From assembly GCA_028534125.1 (NCBI GenBank), contig CM052817.1:31622001-31686000 (forward strand): a stretch of 64,000 nucleotides of DNA. Reading direction: 5' to 3'. The translations under genes and the position numbers were made by a program. Under the pieces are notes generated by a model. The model searched no databases. It was given only the letters and a program-made list of their open reading frames with translations, and was not told the DNA's origin. Of this stretch, positions 1 through 11,698 are shown piece after piece. Within the stretch, counting starts at the first letter, position 1. Every line of letters begins with the position of its first letter. Source of the DNA: Lama glama (taxonomy: Eukaryota).

Positions 1-640
1 AATATATCAGATATAAATTATGCATAATTCTCTAAGCCGTTGAAGAGTAAGTAGCAGCCACATTGCCCCATTGGCCTTATAAACAAGGACACTATTCTAC
101 ACAACTTCAGCATCCCTATCAAAATCAGGACAGTTTCTCAGGCTTTCCTTGTCTTTTGTAATCTTGGTATTTTTGAGGGCCAGGTACTTCGTATGGCCTT
201 CAGTTTGATTAGATTCAAGTTGTGTTTGGATGACAGGAATATCACAAATGTGATGCTGTGTTCTCAGTGCATCATATCAGGAGACACACAACATCAGTGT
301 GTCTTCTGGCTGCTAATACTAACCTTTCCCATTTTATTTCTCCACTCAGAGCAAATTAATACATATTTTGTGGTCATTAATTAACACATAATTTATAAGC
401 AGTTTGTGGGGAGATACTTTAGGACTATATAAACCTCCTTTTTCTCATCAAACTTTCACCCACTATTTTACCTGAATCCATTATTTCTATGGTTATTACT
501 AAATGTTGATCTGTTAATTCCATTATTCTTTCTGCATTAATTAGCTGGCATTCTACCATAAAGTGAAGCTTTCCATTTATTTATTCATTTCTTTTTTAAA
601 AAACTTTTTTAAAAGTTTTTATTGTGTTTATTTATCAGAT

Positions 641-752
641 GGGGAGGTAAATAGGTTCCCCTATTTATTTATTTAATGGAAGCAGTAGGGGTTGAACCCA
701 GGACCCTGTGCATGCCAGGCAAGCACTCTACCACTGAGCTATACCCTCCCCC
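641..752 (-). mobile_element. tRNA-derived SINE (camelid Vic-1-like)
   Basis: Reverse complement shows A box TAGCTCAGTGG, B box GGTTCAACCC and an AATAAA-rich tail. Confidence 0.85.
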
Positions 753-3081
753 CTTTATTTATTCATTTCTTTATACCAATATGGACTCATGTATCCCTTT
801 TTTATTCAATGATTTATAATCCATTATTATTTATTTTGATGCTCCAGTCGTGCTCTGTTTGTCCAGTGGGAGCCCTTTCAGGTTAAATCCTTTGTCCTCT
901 AATATGTTTGTAATATACTTTGGGAGCTTCCTTATTTCCTGGAGCAAGAAGATGTTTCAGACTTATCTTTTCTTTCCTTGGCACAGCCCTAGAACTGGCA
1001 GCTTATCCAGTGAACTCTGGTTCCTTTTACTAAAGTATTTAGAGACCAAGATCTGGGTGTCATTGTTTGCAGGCCTCTTACCAAAAAGACCCAGGATTAC
1101 TCCTTTATCTATACCTGTATCTATTCTAACATTCTCTCTCATTTGTATGTATAAACAACTCTGAGTTCACAGCAATACCTATAGTTCCAATCCAATACCC
1201 CAAAGCTTATTCTAGCCTTGCCCCTTTCCATATTTGTACCCTCCTTCACTGACAAAATCATTGTCTCCCATCATCATTAATATATTTATTTTCTCTGTAA
1301 GTAACCAATATTCAAAGTAAGTGCTCCATCTCCTCCATCTCCTTGGCTGGCACTACCAAATCAAATCCACAGGTTATATCCTCAGCCCTGGCTCCCATAC
1401 CTGCCAAGTATACCATTTTAGTCCCCTGGACCCCAAATGGTCCCCATTCATTTGTGATTCCTCCCTCCCCCTCACTGTGCACGTATGATAAACCACCAAG
1501 CTCTGACTATCCTGCCTCCTAAATACTTCTTGAATCTGTCTCCTCTATATTCTTTAAGTGTGATTGTCTGACTAGGAAAACTGTACCAAGTGCCTAGCAA
1601 ATCATCATCAGTGTCATTGAGGGGGCGAGGATATTCTTTCTCCCTCTCCCTCTAATGTTTTTTGGATGATGACCAATTATTAAGGGTCTTAGTAACCATG
1701 GTTAAAGTGCAACATGTTCCCCAGGTCATGCTTGCTCTCATCTCAATAATTATTGAGAGCGCCCAAAAGTCGAATATGAGGAGTTAAGTCTTGGTCCTGG
1801 CCCACAAGGTGAAGTGATACTCATAGCAGAGCTGTTTCGATGGATGGATGGAGGAAGTGGCAGAAAGTAAGAGGCAGACAGCTATCAGTTCAGCCTCACT
1901 GGTGGCTTGGTATCTTCTAGCTTCCTAATTCCATTCTGCAACCTGAGTTTCTGCAGGTAAGGTAAGACTGAGAACACCTCAGTCTGATGCAGTGCCCTCT
2001 TTTCTAGTAATTTGATCCAGAATTCCAGTTGACTGTACTTGTCTTTTAAATATTTTGCATTGTCAATGACCTTGCCTTATCACCTCAGAGTTGATCTAAG
2101 AGGTAGAGGTGCGGTAGGGTTGGGAAAAGCACCATTTCTTCTGATTATAAAAGAAATCATTGTGTTCTAGAACTTTTGGGAAAATGAAAGTAAAATGAAG
2201 AAAACAAAAATCACCCGTAATACCGCAATTCTCTGATAAAATTTCTTCCAATTTTTTTCTATGCTCTTATACAACAAACTTGATATTATAATAGGTATTT
2301 ACTTTTAGATCCTGTTTTTTTCTTAACATTACCATATAATCATTCTTCCATTTCATTTAAAAGTCTTTGAGAACATCATTAATGAAAACATAGATGTGTC
2401 CTAACATCCTAATTTTTACATTGAGATTGTTTCCTGTTTTTTTATAGTTGTAAGTAATTCTGGGATCAACATTTGTGTACATAAATCTCTGTGCTAATTG
2501 ACAGTTATATTCCTAGGTTGAACTACCAGATGTAGGATATCTGGTCAAAGTCTATGAATACAATTAAGCTCCTGGAGCATATTGCCGAATTGCTTTCCAA
2601 GAAGCCTGCTGTGATTTACGCTTTTATCAGCCGTGTATAAGAGTGAGTGCCTTCCTCACTCTGACACTGCATCTTAAAGGAGAGGAAAAGAAGTAAGAAA
2701 GGATGATAGAAAAGGATAAAGGAGATAAATGGAAAAGAGAGATCAAGTAGTCGCTTGAGGAAGAACATTCATTTCTAACTTCTGTCTTTTTACACTAGGA
2801 TGTGATGGTGATATGTAGCCATTTTGATTTTCTTGGGAGCCTTTTGCCTTGTCCAATGTACACGTCTAGGGAAACAGGAGATCCTAAATTCTAAGATACA
2901 TTGGTGATGTTGGACATTCAGTTTTATCACTTGGTCGGAAGGTGAAGGAAATTGAATTGGCCAGGCTGGACACTTTGGAGCATCCTCCCTGCCTCCTTTT
3001 CTCTAATCCTTTGCTTCTGACCAATCAACAAACCCAGCCATTCTGCCTTCTTCCTGTCTGTCACCGCCTCTTTGCTCCTAT

Positions 3082-3708
3082 TGATACAGGAAAAAAAATA
3101 GGGCTTGGGAGGATGGCTGTGTCCCAGGCCCCCGACGAGTCCCCAGAACGCACCCCAGCAAGTGACAGTCCTTGGCTTTATGTAAGAAAGAATTCAAGAA
3201 CGCGCCATAGTTGAGTAAAAGTAGATTTATTTAGAGAGATACATACTCCAGAGACAGCGTGCAGGGTGTCTCAGAAGGCAAGAGAAAGGCCTAGGAGATA
3301 CACATTCCATAGGCAGAATGCAGGCCATCTTACTCGGAAGGGAAGAGCAGCAGACTCAGAGCATGGGGCTGCTTAGGAAAAAGGAGACCAGCCCGAGGTA
3401 TGGGAGTTGTTAGTTTTTATAGGCTTGGTAACTTCATATGCTAACAAGTGGGAGGATTATTCCAACTTCTATAGGGATTTGCCTGGGATTCCCAGGAACT
3501 GGGCCAGTACCCACTTTTTGACCTTTTATGGTCGGCCTTGAAACTGTCATGGCACCCATGGGAGTACCATTTAGCATGCTGTTGTTCATTACAGTCGGTG
3601 TCTATTGAAGCTCCAGGTCTACTGGGAGTTGAATCTTCTACCATCTTGGTGCTAATTGCTGTGTCATTCTTTTAATGGCTGTGCCTTGCCCCCTTCCCTC
3701 CTGTCTCA
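3082..3708 (-). mobile_element. Solo ERV1-type LTR (MER41-like)
   Basis: TG...CA termini, 4-bp TSD CTAT (3078-3081 and 3709-3712), AATAAA on the minus strand; homologous to the LTR at 6708-7339. Confidence 0.85.
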
Positions 3709-4201
3709 CTATTAGCTTCTCTAGTTCAGGCTGTCCTCCTTCACTTGAATAAGTGTAATAGTCTCCTAACAGATCTCTCTCAAATCATCCTTTACTTAGC
3801 TAGAATCGTCTGTCAAAAGCACAGATCTAGCCACATCATATCCCTATTTAAGAACCCTCAAGGATGTCTCATTGCCTACAGAAAAAGGATCAAGCTCTTT
3901 ATCCTGAAGACAATGGTCTGCTGACTTCTTTCCCACCTGTCACTCCTGCTTCATCTCTTACTTCTTCCTGCCCTGAGCCTTATACTCCATTAATAGCAAG
4001 CTATTTATAGCTACTGCCCCAGTACCAGTCTGTTTCTTGCCTCTAATATGCTCATTTCTACTACTTAGCATACCTTCCTCCCTCCCTAATAATGGCCTTA
4101 ATTCTTTTCAAAAATAGTAATTGCCCCCTCCTTGGGGTAATATCATACTTCCCTGTCCCACAGCTATCAAACTTGGCCACATGATTTGTCTGGACTACGA
4201 A

Positions 4202-4767
4202 TGAAACAGAGCAGGACCCTGTGGGGTCCTCCCTGGTACAAATCCTTTCTGTGTCCTCCATTTCTTATTAGTAGGACACAGGGTTCATTCAGCCTCCTTG
4301 ACCTTCCCTTGAGTTCCAAAGGGCAGATTCAGACAGTTGCTAATCAGGGGAGGGAGGAGATGTAGAGTCTAGGGAGGAACACTCAAGAAGCAATAGTGCA
4401 GCCTTGGGGCAGGGTCCTGGTTCCTTCTCAAAGAATATACATAGCAATACCTTTGAGTTCTTCTGCAGAAACCAAGGCCCCCACCCAGGTGGAGGATGGC
4501 AGCTTCAGGCTCAACATGAGGTTCCTGGAACACTATTAACTCACTACCAACCAATCAGAAGAAGGCCACACAACCTGCAGCCCTCACCTCAAATTTTGTC
4601 TATAAGTACTTTCCCCAAAAAACCATCAGAGACTTGGGGGTTTTCAAGCGTGAGCCGCTGTCTTCTTTGCTTGGCCCAGCAATAAGCCTTTTTCTACTCC
4701 AAACTCTGATGTTTTATTTTGTGTGGCCTTACTGTGTATGAGGCACACAAACTTTTGTTCTGTAACA
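4202..4767 (+). mobile_element. Solo LTR inserted in an older MaLR (MLT1-like) LTR
   Basis: TGAAAC...GTAACA termini, CCAAT and TATA-like boxes, AATAAG at 4681; flanks resemble MLT1 (tgttgctgtaagccactggagttatttgttactgcagca, ~4850-4890). Confidence 0.65.
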
Positions 4768-6707
4768 GTGGAGGCTGCTTCATCAGCCTGGATCCTGAAG
4801 TGAGGACAATGTGGACATTCTGCAATGGTTATGAATAAGAAATAGACCTTTGTTGCTGTAAGCCACTGGAGTTATTTGTTACTGCAGCAGTAAGAATCCT
4901 GTCCTTGCTGATATACGGGCCATCTCCTAATCTTCCTTTCACCCAGGGTACTGCCTCCACCGTGGCTCTGTAGTAGATGTGTCCTAGACGTATGGCTGCC
5001 CAGTACTTGATGATACAAACTTCCTGTTTAAGGGGGCTGTCATTGCATGAGTTTTGGCAGGAGGCAATTTCTGCCTCCCACCAGGGGAGCCAGAAAGAGC
5101 TGATCCTTGTTCTCCCAGATTCCTCACAGGTGCAAAATAGGCATGCGACCTAAGGTCAGCCATTTGGAAGCTCTCCACAGGGGACTTTTGAGTCTTGATA
5201 CAAGAAAGCAAGAACAGAATGTCATGGCACTATGTCTGTTGCTAGTGGCAGCAGCCAGTGTCCAGTGGAGTGTCAGCAGTGAGAGTGGAGTCAAGGGGTG
5301 TGGCCTTGAGCGCCCAGAAGTGACAAGATAAGCAGACTGTTCTGGTATGATCTGGCTGTCTTCCAGACTGCCAAGTCCCCTCGTTTCCTGCTCATTTTGT
5401 GAGCCTGCTTTTCTAGTTTTCCTAACGATTCTTTGTACCTAATATCCTCCAGTCAGTCTGTTTTCTTCTTAAATGACCCAGAGTTGTCTTCCATTGTCTG
5501 CAACCAAGAATCTTATTCCTACTAAATCCTGGGGCTCAAAATGACCTGATCTCCACATGGAGTCACATTTTTAAAGCCCAACCCTGCCTCCAAAAAACTT
5601 TAAAAGGAGTTCCCATCTCTAATTTCTCTGAAGAACATTAAAAGGGATCCCATTAATGAGCCATATTCCCCTACATTAATTCGTGCTCTTCCTCACCCAC
5701 CTCCACCCGAAAAGGTTTCTCACTCAGAGCTTCTCTAGAGCATCACACTCACAACCTCCCTACCTCTCCACACCTGAACTGCTCAACTCTGGGAGCTCTT
5801 TCTCTCTTACCATCTCTCTCTCCTAATTCTTTGTTATCTGAGATCATCTTACCTTGTCTGTTAGATCCTTGTGTATTTTTATTTCACCAGACTTTGGTTC
5901 TCTCTACTCACTTTTTCAGTTCTGCATTATCAATTCTGCAAAAGGTCTGGGAATCAAGCCAGCCAAGGTAAAACTCTCCTTAAAATACAGATGGCAGAAT
6001 GGCAGTGCACAAGCCACACTCAGCCCTCCCTCCAATTTAATTTAAATTGTACTGTGTTGCTGTTGTCTTTACTGAGTTGGTTTCCAACATCTAACTGTGT
6101 GAGAATTGCACCTGAAAATCTGGATTTCCAGATCTTATGAAAAAATCAGAACACTAAGCACTGGCAACACTAAGACCCTTTTCCCTATGGGAAGAATGAA
6201 CCAGAGCTTGGTAGCAGTGTGTCTTTTAATGGGGCATCACTTCAGTTCTCTATGACTCCTCCCCACTTTCCCTCACTTAAATTTCCTTTCTGGCTCCTGT
6301 AGGCATTTGAATTTGTCACCCCTGCTCTATGTCACACCAGGAAGGTTAGGAAGCATCTGTGAGATGAAAGGCCATGTCTTCTTAGAAGATGGGGCATCAC
6401 ATGAAAGCAAGGATATAAGAGGGGAACACTTAGATATTGCAAATCCTGTCCTGCCACAATAGGACAAAGGGGGAGAGACTGATGAAAGAAGAGCACAGAA
6501 GCAAGTAAGGCAGCTTCAGAGAGTGTGGTGGGTAGGGAAGCAAGACAAATAGATTAAGGTGCCTAGCTGGTGAGAAGAATTAAAGTGCAATGTTTATAGT
6601 CTTCCACGAACTTGTGTATTGGAGGCTCTCCCTCTCCTCCCACCCTCCAGTCTTGCTTGTCTTACTCCCTTCTCTGTAACTGAAAAGCATCATCCTTGAT
6701 GTCCCTC

Positions 6708-7339
6708 TGAAGCAGGAGACAAGGGGCAGGGCACAACTATTAAAAGAATGACACAGCAATTGAAGATAGGACAAAAACTGGTGAGAACCAAGATGGTGGG
6801 AAATTTAACTCTCATTAGACCTTGAGACACAAGATGGGGAAAGATTTGACTTCTGGTAGACCTTGAGCTTCATTATATGCTCATTGTAATATATTAGCAT
6901 AATAAATGACACACTGACAAATGCCATGACTGTTCTGAAGCTAACCATAAAAGGTCAAAAAGCGGGTGGTGGCCCAGTTCCTGGGAATCTCAGCCCCTTT
7001 CCTAAAGTAGTTGAAATAATCCTCCCACTTGTTAGCATATGAAATTACTGAGCCCATAAAACCTAACCTAACGCCTCATGGCTGGATCTCACTTTCCTAG
7101 AGGATCCCATGCTTTGGGGCCACCCCCTCCCCTTTCGCCTCTCGCCTGTCTAGATGGCCTGCATTCTGCCTATGGAGTGTGCATCTCTCTGAAGAAAAAT
7201 CTACCTTTACTCAACTATGGCTCACTCTTGCATTCTTTCCGACATGAAGCCCAGGACCCTCACTTGGAGGGGTGCATCCCAGGGACTCACCTGGGACCTG
7301 GGACATGACCATCGTCTTCTGCCCCATTTTCCTGTAACA
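6708..7339 (+). mobile_element. Solo ERV1-type LTR (MER41-like)
   Basis: TG...CA termini, 4-bp TSD CCTC (6704-6707 and 7340-7343); shares ccataaaaggtcaaaaag, cccagttcctgggaatc and ataatcctcccacttgttagcatatgaa with the reverse complement of 3082-3708. Confidence 0.85.
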
Positions 7340-8499
7340 CCTCCAAGCAGCAGAGGAAGAGATATAGCCCTCATGATTTAGAAGCAAACTGCATGTAGTT
7401 CTACTTTAAATGTATGAGGGAGAAAGCTTTTGAAAGGAATCATAAACTATTTCAAAAAGAATACCTTCCAAAGTTGGCTTATATTTCTTTTAATCCCAAT
7501 TTTTGTATGCCATGTTAGATATTTAAAGTTAGATGCATGTAAATTATCAAACAATTGGGCTAAAGTTTCTTACACCAAACTTACTGTTTTCTTACAACTT
7601 TAAAGTTCTTCACTGAGAAAACTTACTTGAGGTCTATATCTCTATATTTTATATCTATAACTGTATGTGAAACAGAGTTTCAGCTCTTTAATACTCCACG
7701 ATTGTGAGTGAAAATAAAATGGCAAGTTTCACACTGGTAGAGAAGAAACTTCTGGCAATAACTAAAGAAAAGAGGGAGTCAGTGAAACATTGGATTGTGA
7801 AGGCTCTCCACTTCAGCGAAATTCACCCCTCTGGAAAGAGTTCAGAAATTTTCGTATTTATAGTATTATATCACCTTCAGGGAAGATCTAAGAGTTGACT
7901 ATAGCTTAGAAGGAAAGGAAAAGGAGAGGAGAGTTGAGAGTGGAGAAATGCTATGTTTCACCTTTGTTGCACGCATTCAAAAGAGAGAATTGATAAATGG
8001 TAGATTTGGGTTACTTTATTATTCTGTTTAACTTCCATTTCCTGTGACCTTTCTTGGCATTTGACTCCCTTTTCTTGTAGTGCTTAGTTATTTTATATAT
8101 TGTAACCATGGACAGCAAAATTTTTTACAAATTGATTTCTTGAAAGTAAAATGATATCACCATTGTGGAGATACTCAGTTAATTTGAAGATGTACATACC
8201 GTGTGACCCAGAAATTCCTCCTGTAGGCATAGATCCCATAGAAATTCTTGCATATGTGCACAGGAAACCTGTACAAGAATGTACTTTCAGTATTGTTGGT
8301 CACAATCTCAATTAATAGTAGAATAGATAAATGAATCGTGGCCTATGCACACACAGAATACTGCACTGTAATGGAAAGGAATGAACTACGGCTTCATGTA
8401 TCATTATGGGGGAGTCTTGCAAATGTAATGTTGAGGGGAAAAGCAGATTGCAAAAGGAACAGTATTGGAGCATAACAGCATTTGAAACATTGTGGCATC

Positions 8500-8710
8500 G
8501 TCATGCAGATAGTCTAGAGTCAGACTGCTGAATTCAAACCTACCTCTATTATTTATTAACCGACTTTGTGACATTGGCCATCACTTACCCTCTATGGGCC
8601 TCAATTTCCTTGTCTATAAAGTGGGGATAATAATTATTCCTACTTCACATGGTTGTTGTGAAAATAAAAATGAGTTAACACTAAAGTATTCAGAAGAATA
8701 CGTGGTACTA
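8500..8710 (+). mobile_element. MIR
   Basis: gagtcagactgctgaattcaaa...gggcctcaatttccttgtctataaagtggggataataa. Confidence 0.8.
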
Positions 8711-8957
8711 TTATTTTTCATACAATGTACATTTCATACCTGCAAAAAACACTGTATATTTTGTAAGAATGATACATGTTAGTAAACATATATGGGAATG
8801 AAAATACAAATTCATGATACTGATTATCTCCTGGACAGAGGGATATTTCCTCAGCTGTGGTAGATGCATGATTTTTTTAAATTATAATTCTTATTATGCC
8901 TTTGTGTATGACTGAGCTATTTCAGAATAAATTTTTTTTTACCACTTTTTTTTCCCC

Positions 8958-9035
8958 TAATGGAGGTATTGGGGATTGAACACATGACCTCATTCATGCT
9001 AAGCATGTGCTCTCCCACTGAGCTATACTCTCCCC
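8958..9035 (-). mobile_element. tRNA-derived SINE (Vic-1-like)
   Basis: Same consensus: ggaggtattggggattgaac...ctcccactgagctatactctcccc. Confidence 0.85.
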
Positions 9036-9224
9036 TCTCATGATAAATTTTAAATCAAATAAATAAAATTTACTTTTAAAACTGTACACACAGCATAACC
9101 AAATTTCCCTCAAAAAATGGAAAATAGAGAAAAATTCACTCCAAATTACATCTTTAACCCACAAGTTAAAAATTAAGTAATTCTCTCAACATCTGAGTGA
9201 GATTAGTGAGTAAGACTATTACTT

Positions 9225-9690
9225 TTGCAGCATTACTCATAATAGCCAAAATCAACCCAAATGACCATCAGCAAGCAAGTGGATAAACAAAATGTTGAAT
9301 ATCCATATAATGGAAGGAAATTCAGCAAGAAAAAAAGCAATGAAATGTTGATATATGCTACAACTTGGATGAAATTCAAAAACATTATGCTCAGTTAAAG
9401 GAGCCAGACACAAAAGACCACATGTTGTATGATTCCATTTATATGAAATGTCTACGAAAGGCCAAAAAATTGCCAAAAATAGATTAGTGGTTGCCTGGGG
9501 CCGTTGGGGAAGAAACAAAAAGTGGCTGCAAATTAGCAGAGAGGATTTTTAGGGGATGTTGGAAATGTTCTAGGACTGCATGGTGATGATGGTTGCACAA
9601 CTTTGTGTATTACGTTGTATATTACTAAAATTCATTGAATTGTATACCTAAAATGGGTATGTAATTTATATGTCCCCAAAAAACTGTTTT
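9225..9690 (+). mobile_element. L1 (L1MB/MC-type) 3' UTR fragment
   Basis: gcagcattactcataatagccaaaa...caacttggatgaa...gattccatttatatgaaatgtc...gatggttgcacaact, typical old L1 3' end. Confidence 0.8.
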
Positions 9691-10129
9691 TAAAAACAGT
9701 CTTCAAAGAAGCAGCACTTATGCCCAGGGGAGGGGGAGGGAATTTTATTTTAGTTTACAAACTTGAACATGGTTGGATATAAATCTGAGAAAGGACCTCA
9801 AACTGTACCCCCATTAAACTATGTCAGTAAAAACTCTCCAGATAGGTTGAGGTGGAGGCTGAAAGCAAAGGCATCTTTCTGTCAGGGTCTCTGGGAGGAG
9901 GCCACCTGATAGGAAGCCCCCTACCAACCTTTTACAGACATAGTAGAAAAAAACAGTAATGGTGGCACCATCAGGAGAGAGCAATCTGGAGATGGTGCTC
10001 CTGGTTCTTTATGTTCTGTAGGTGGTTTGCAGGAAATTCAGAAGTTCTTGTATGCCTCAATTTGGGGAGGGCTGGCACCAAAGCCTGGGAAAGAGAATTA
10101 ACTTAAAGAAGCCTGGAAATTGCAATCCT

Positions 10130-11030
10130 GGTATATCATACATCTGTTGATGACACTCAAGTTTATATCTAACTTAGATCTCACAGCTGCCTCTCGGTTC
10201 TGATCTTCAGTGGCCAACTTGGTATCTTCTGTTGGCTATTTCACAGCAGTATCCAAATAAACATGGCCCCAAACCTCCCCAACCCCATCACTCTCCCAGT
10301 TTGCCACCCCTACCCACATTCACTGTCCCAGTCTCCTCAGTACATGGAATCCACTTTCTCTATCACCACTGCCATCACTTATTCCTGGCCATCATCATTT
10401 CTCTCCTGGACAAAACAACAACCTCTTAACTGGTCTCTCTACTTCCACTTTTGCTTTCCTCCAAACCACCTTCCACACAACAGCAAAACTTCTTTTCTTA
10501 AATGCAAATTGGGTCCTATCACTTAAGTGCTTAAGACTCTCCAGTAGCGCCCCATTGTAGGCAGAATAAATCCTAACTCCTTACTTTGGCGGATAAATCC
10601 CTGAATAATCAGGCTCCTGCCTAAATTCTCACCTGGCATTCTTCCTGTCTCTGCAATTGTTCACATTTGTTCTTCTCTCAGTTTTCACATTTCCTAAGCT
10701 CTTCCCATCTCAAGGTTTGGCGCTTACTATTTCTTCAATTTGTACCAACCTTCTGCCTTCTCATCTTTCACATTATAGCTTAAATATGCCTCTCCCAAAG
10801 TCACCTTATCCAGTCACATTGTGTAAGGCAGCCTCCATTAATGTTCTCTTCCTTCATCTCTTTGTTTTCTTCACAGCACTTCTCCCATTTTGCGAATGCT
10901 GTGTGTTGCTATATCTTTATTTTAGCCTGCTTCTCTTATGAGAATTGAAACTCTATGAACTGTGTGCTGTTTACTATTATAGTCCCAGCATCCAGCATAA
11001 TACTTGAAATGGCTCAACAATTGAATGAAA
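10130..11030 (+). mobile_element. L2 3' fragment
   Basis: Pyrimidine-rich L2-like sequence ending caacaattgaatgaa. Confidence 0.65.
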
Positions 11031-11253
11031 GTGCTTAGAAAACCACTTGATTATTTTGACCTATTGTTGAATTTTCAGAAAGAAACAGATTTTCTTGGCC
11101 GTATCAGGACTATTTTGATTACATGTAGCGGAAGCCCATTTAAGCTTAAATAAAAGGGAGATTTATTATGTGGACACAGAGTTCTCTCAGGAAGCTAAAG
11201 GGCAAAGGTATAGATGTCTCTTAGGAAAGAATTTAGTGCAGGAACTGGAGTAC

Positions 11254-11698
11254 TGTAGGGAACCCAGGGATTTTACCCTACTTCGAAGTTAACAAGTTCT
11301 GCCAAGGTTTCATTCTGGCAGAAGAAACGAGATTCCTGAGTCAGAGACCAAGAACAATGTATGATTCATACCTATAGTAGTAGGCAGAGTATCAGCATTT
11401 GCACTGATTCCGAGCTCCAGTTCCCACAGGGCAACGTGAAGAGAGCCAGGTGGTGCTTACTCACCCAATGGGTTGTGTTATAGGTAAGAAACCTCAAGTT
11501 TGGGGAACCCAAATCTTTTATGCATGCAGTATGCATGCCTGGCCTTGGCCCTGGGGGGAAACTTTATCATATTGGATAGTAAACAAACCTTTGCTACACA
11601 GAGAGAGGCATTATCTTTATAGTCCAATGCTGTTTGCTGTATAAACATCCTTGAAAAGATAATCGAGACCAAGCATGTCCAGTGCCTCACTCATAACA
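11254..11698 (-). mobile_element. Older solo LTR, family not identified
   Basis: TGTAGGG...ATAACA termini and LTR-like composition; no clean TSD; orientation tentative. Confidence 0.5.

Noticed and set aside
1741..1758. Perfect 18-bp palindrome tctcaataattattgaga
   Set aside because: Isolated, AT-rich, no transposon ends or array context; compatible with chance
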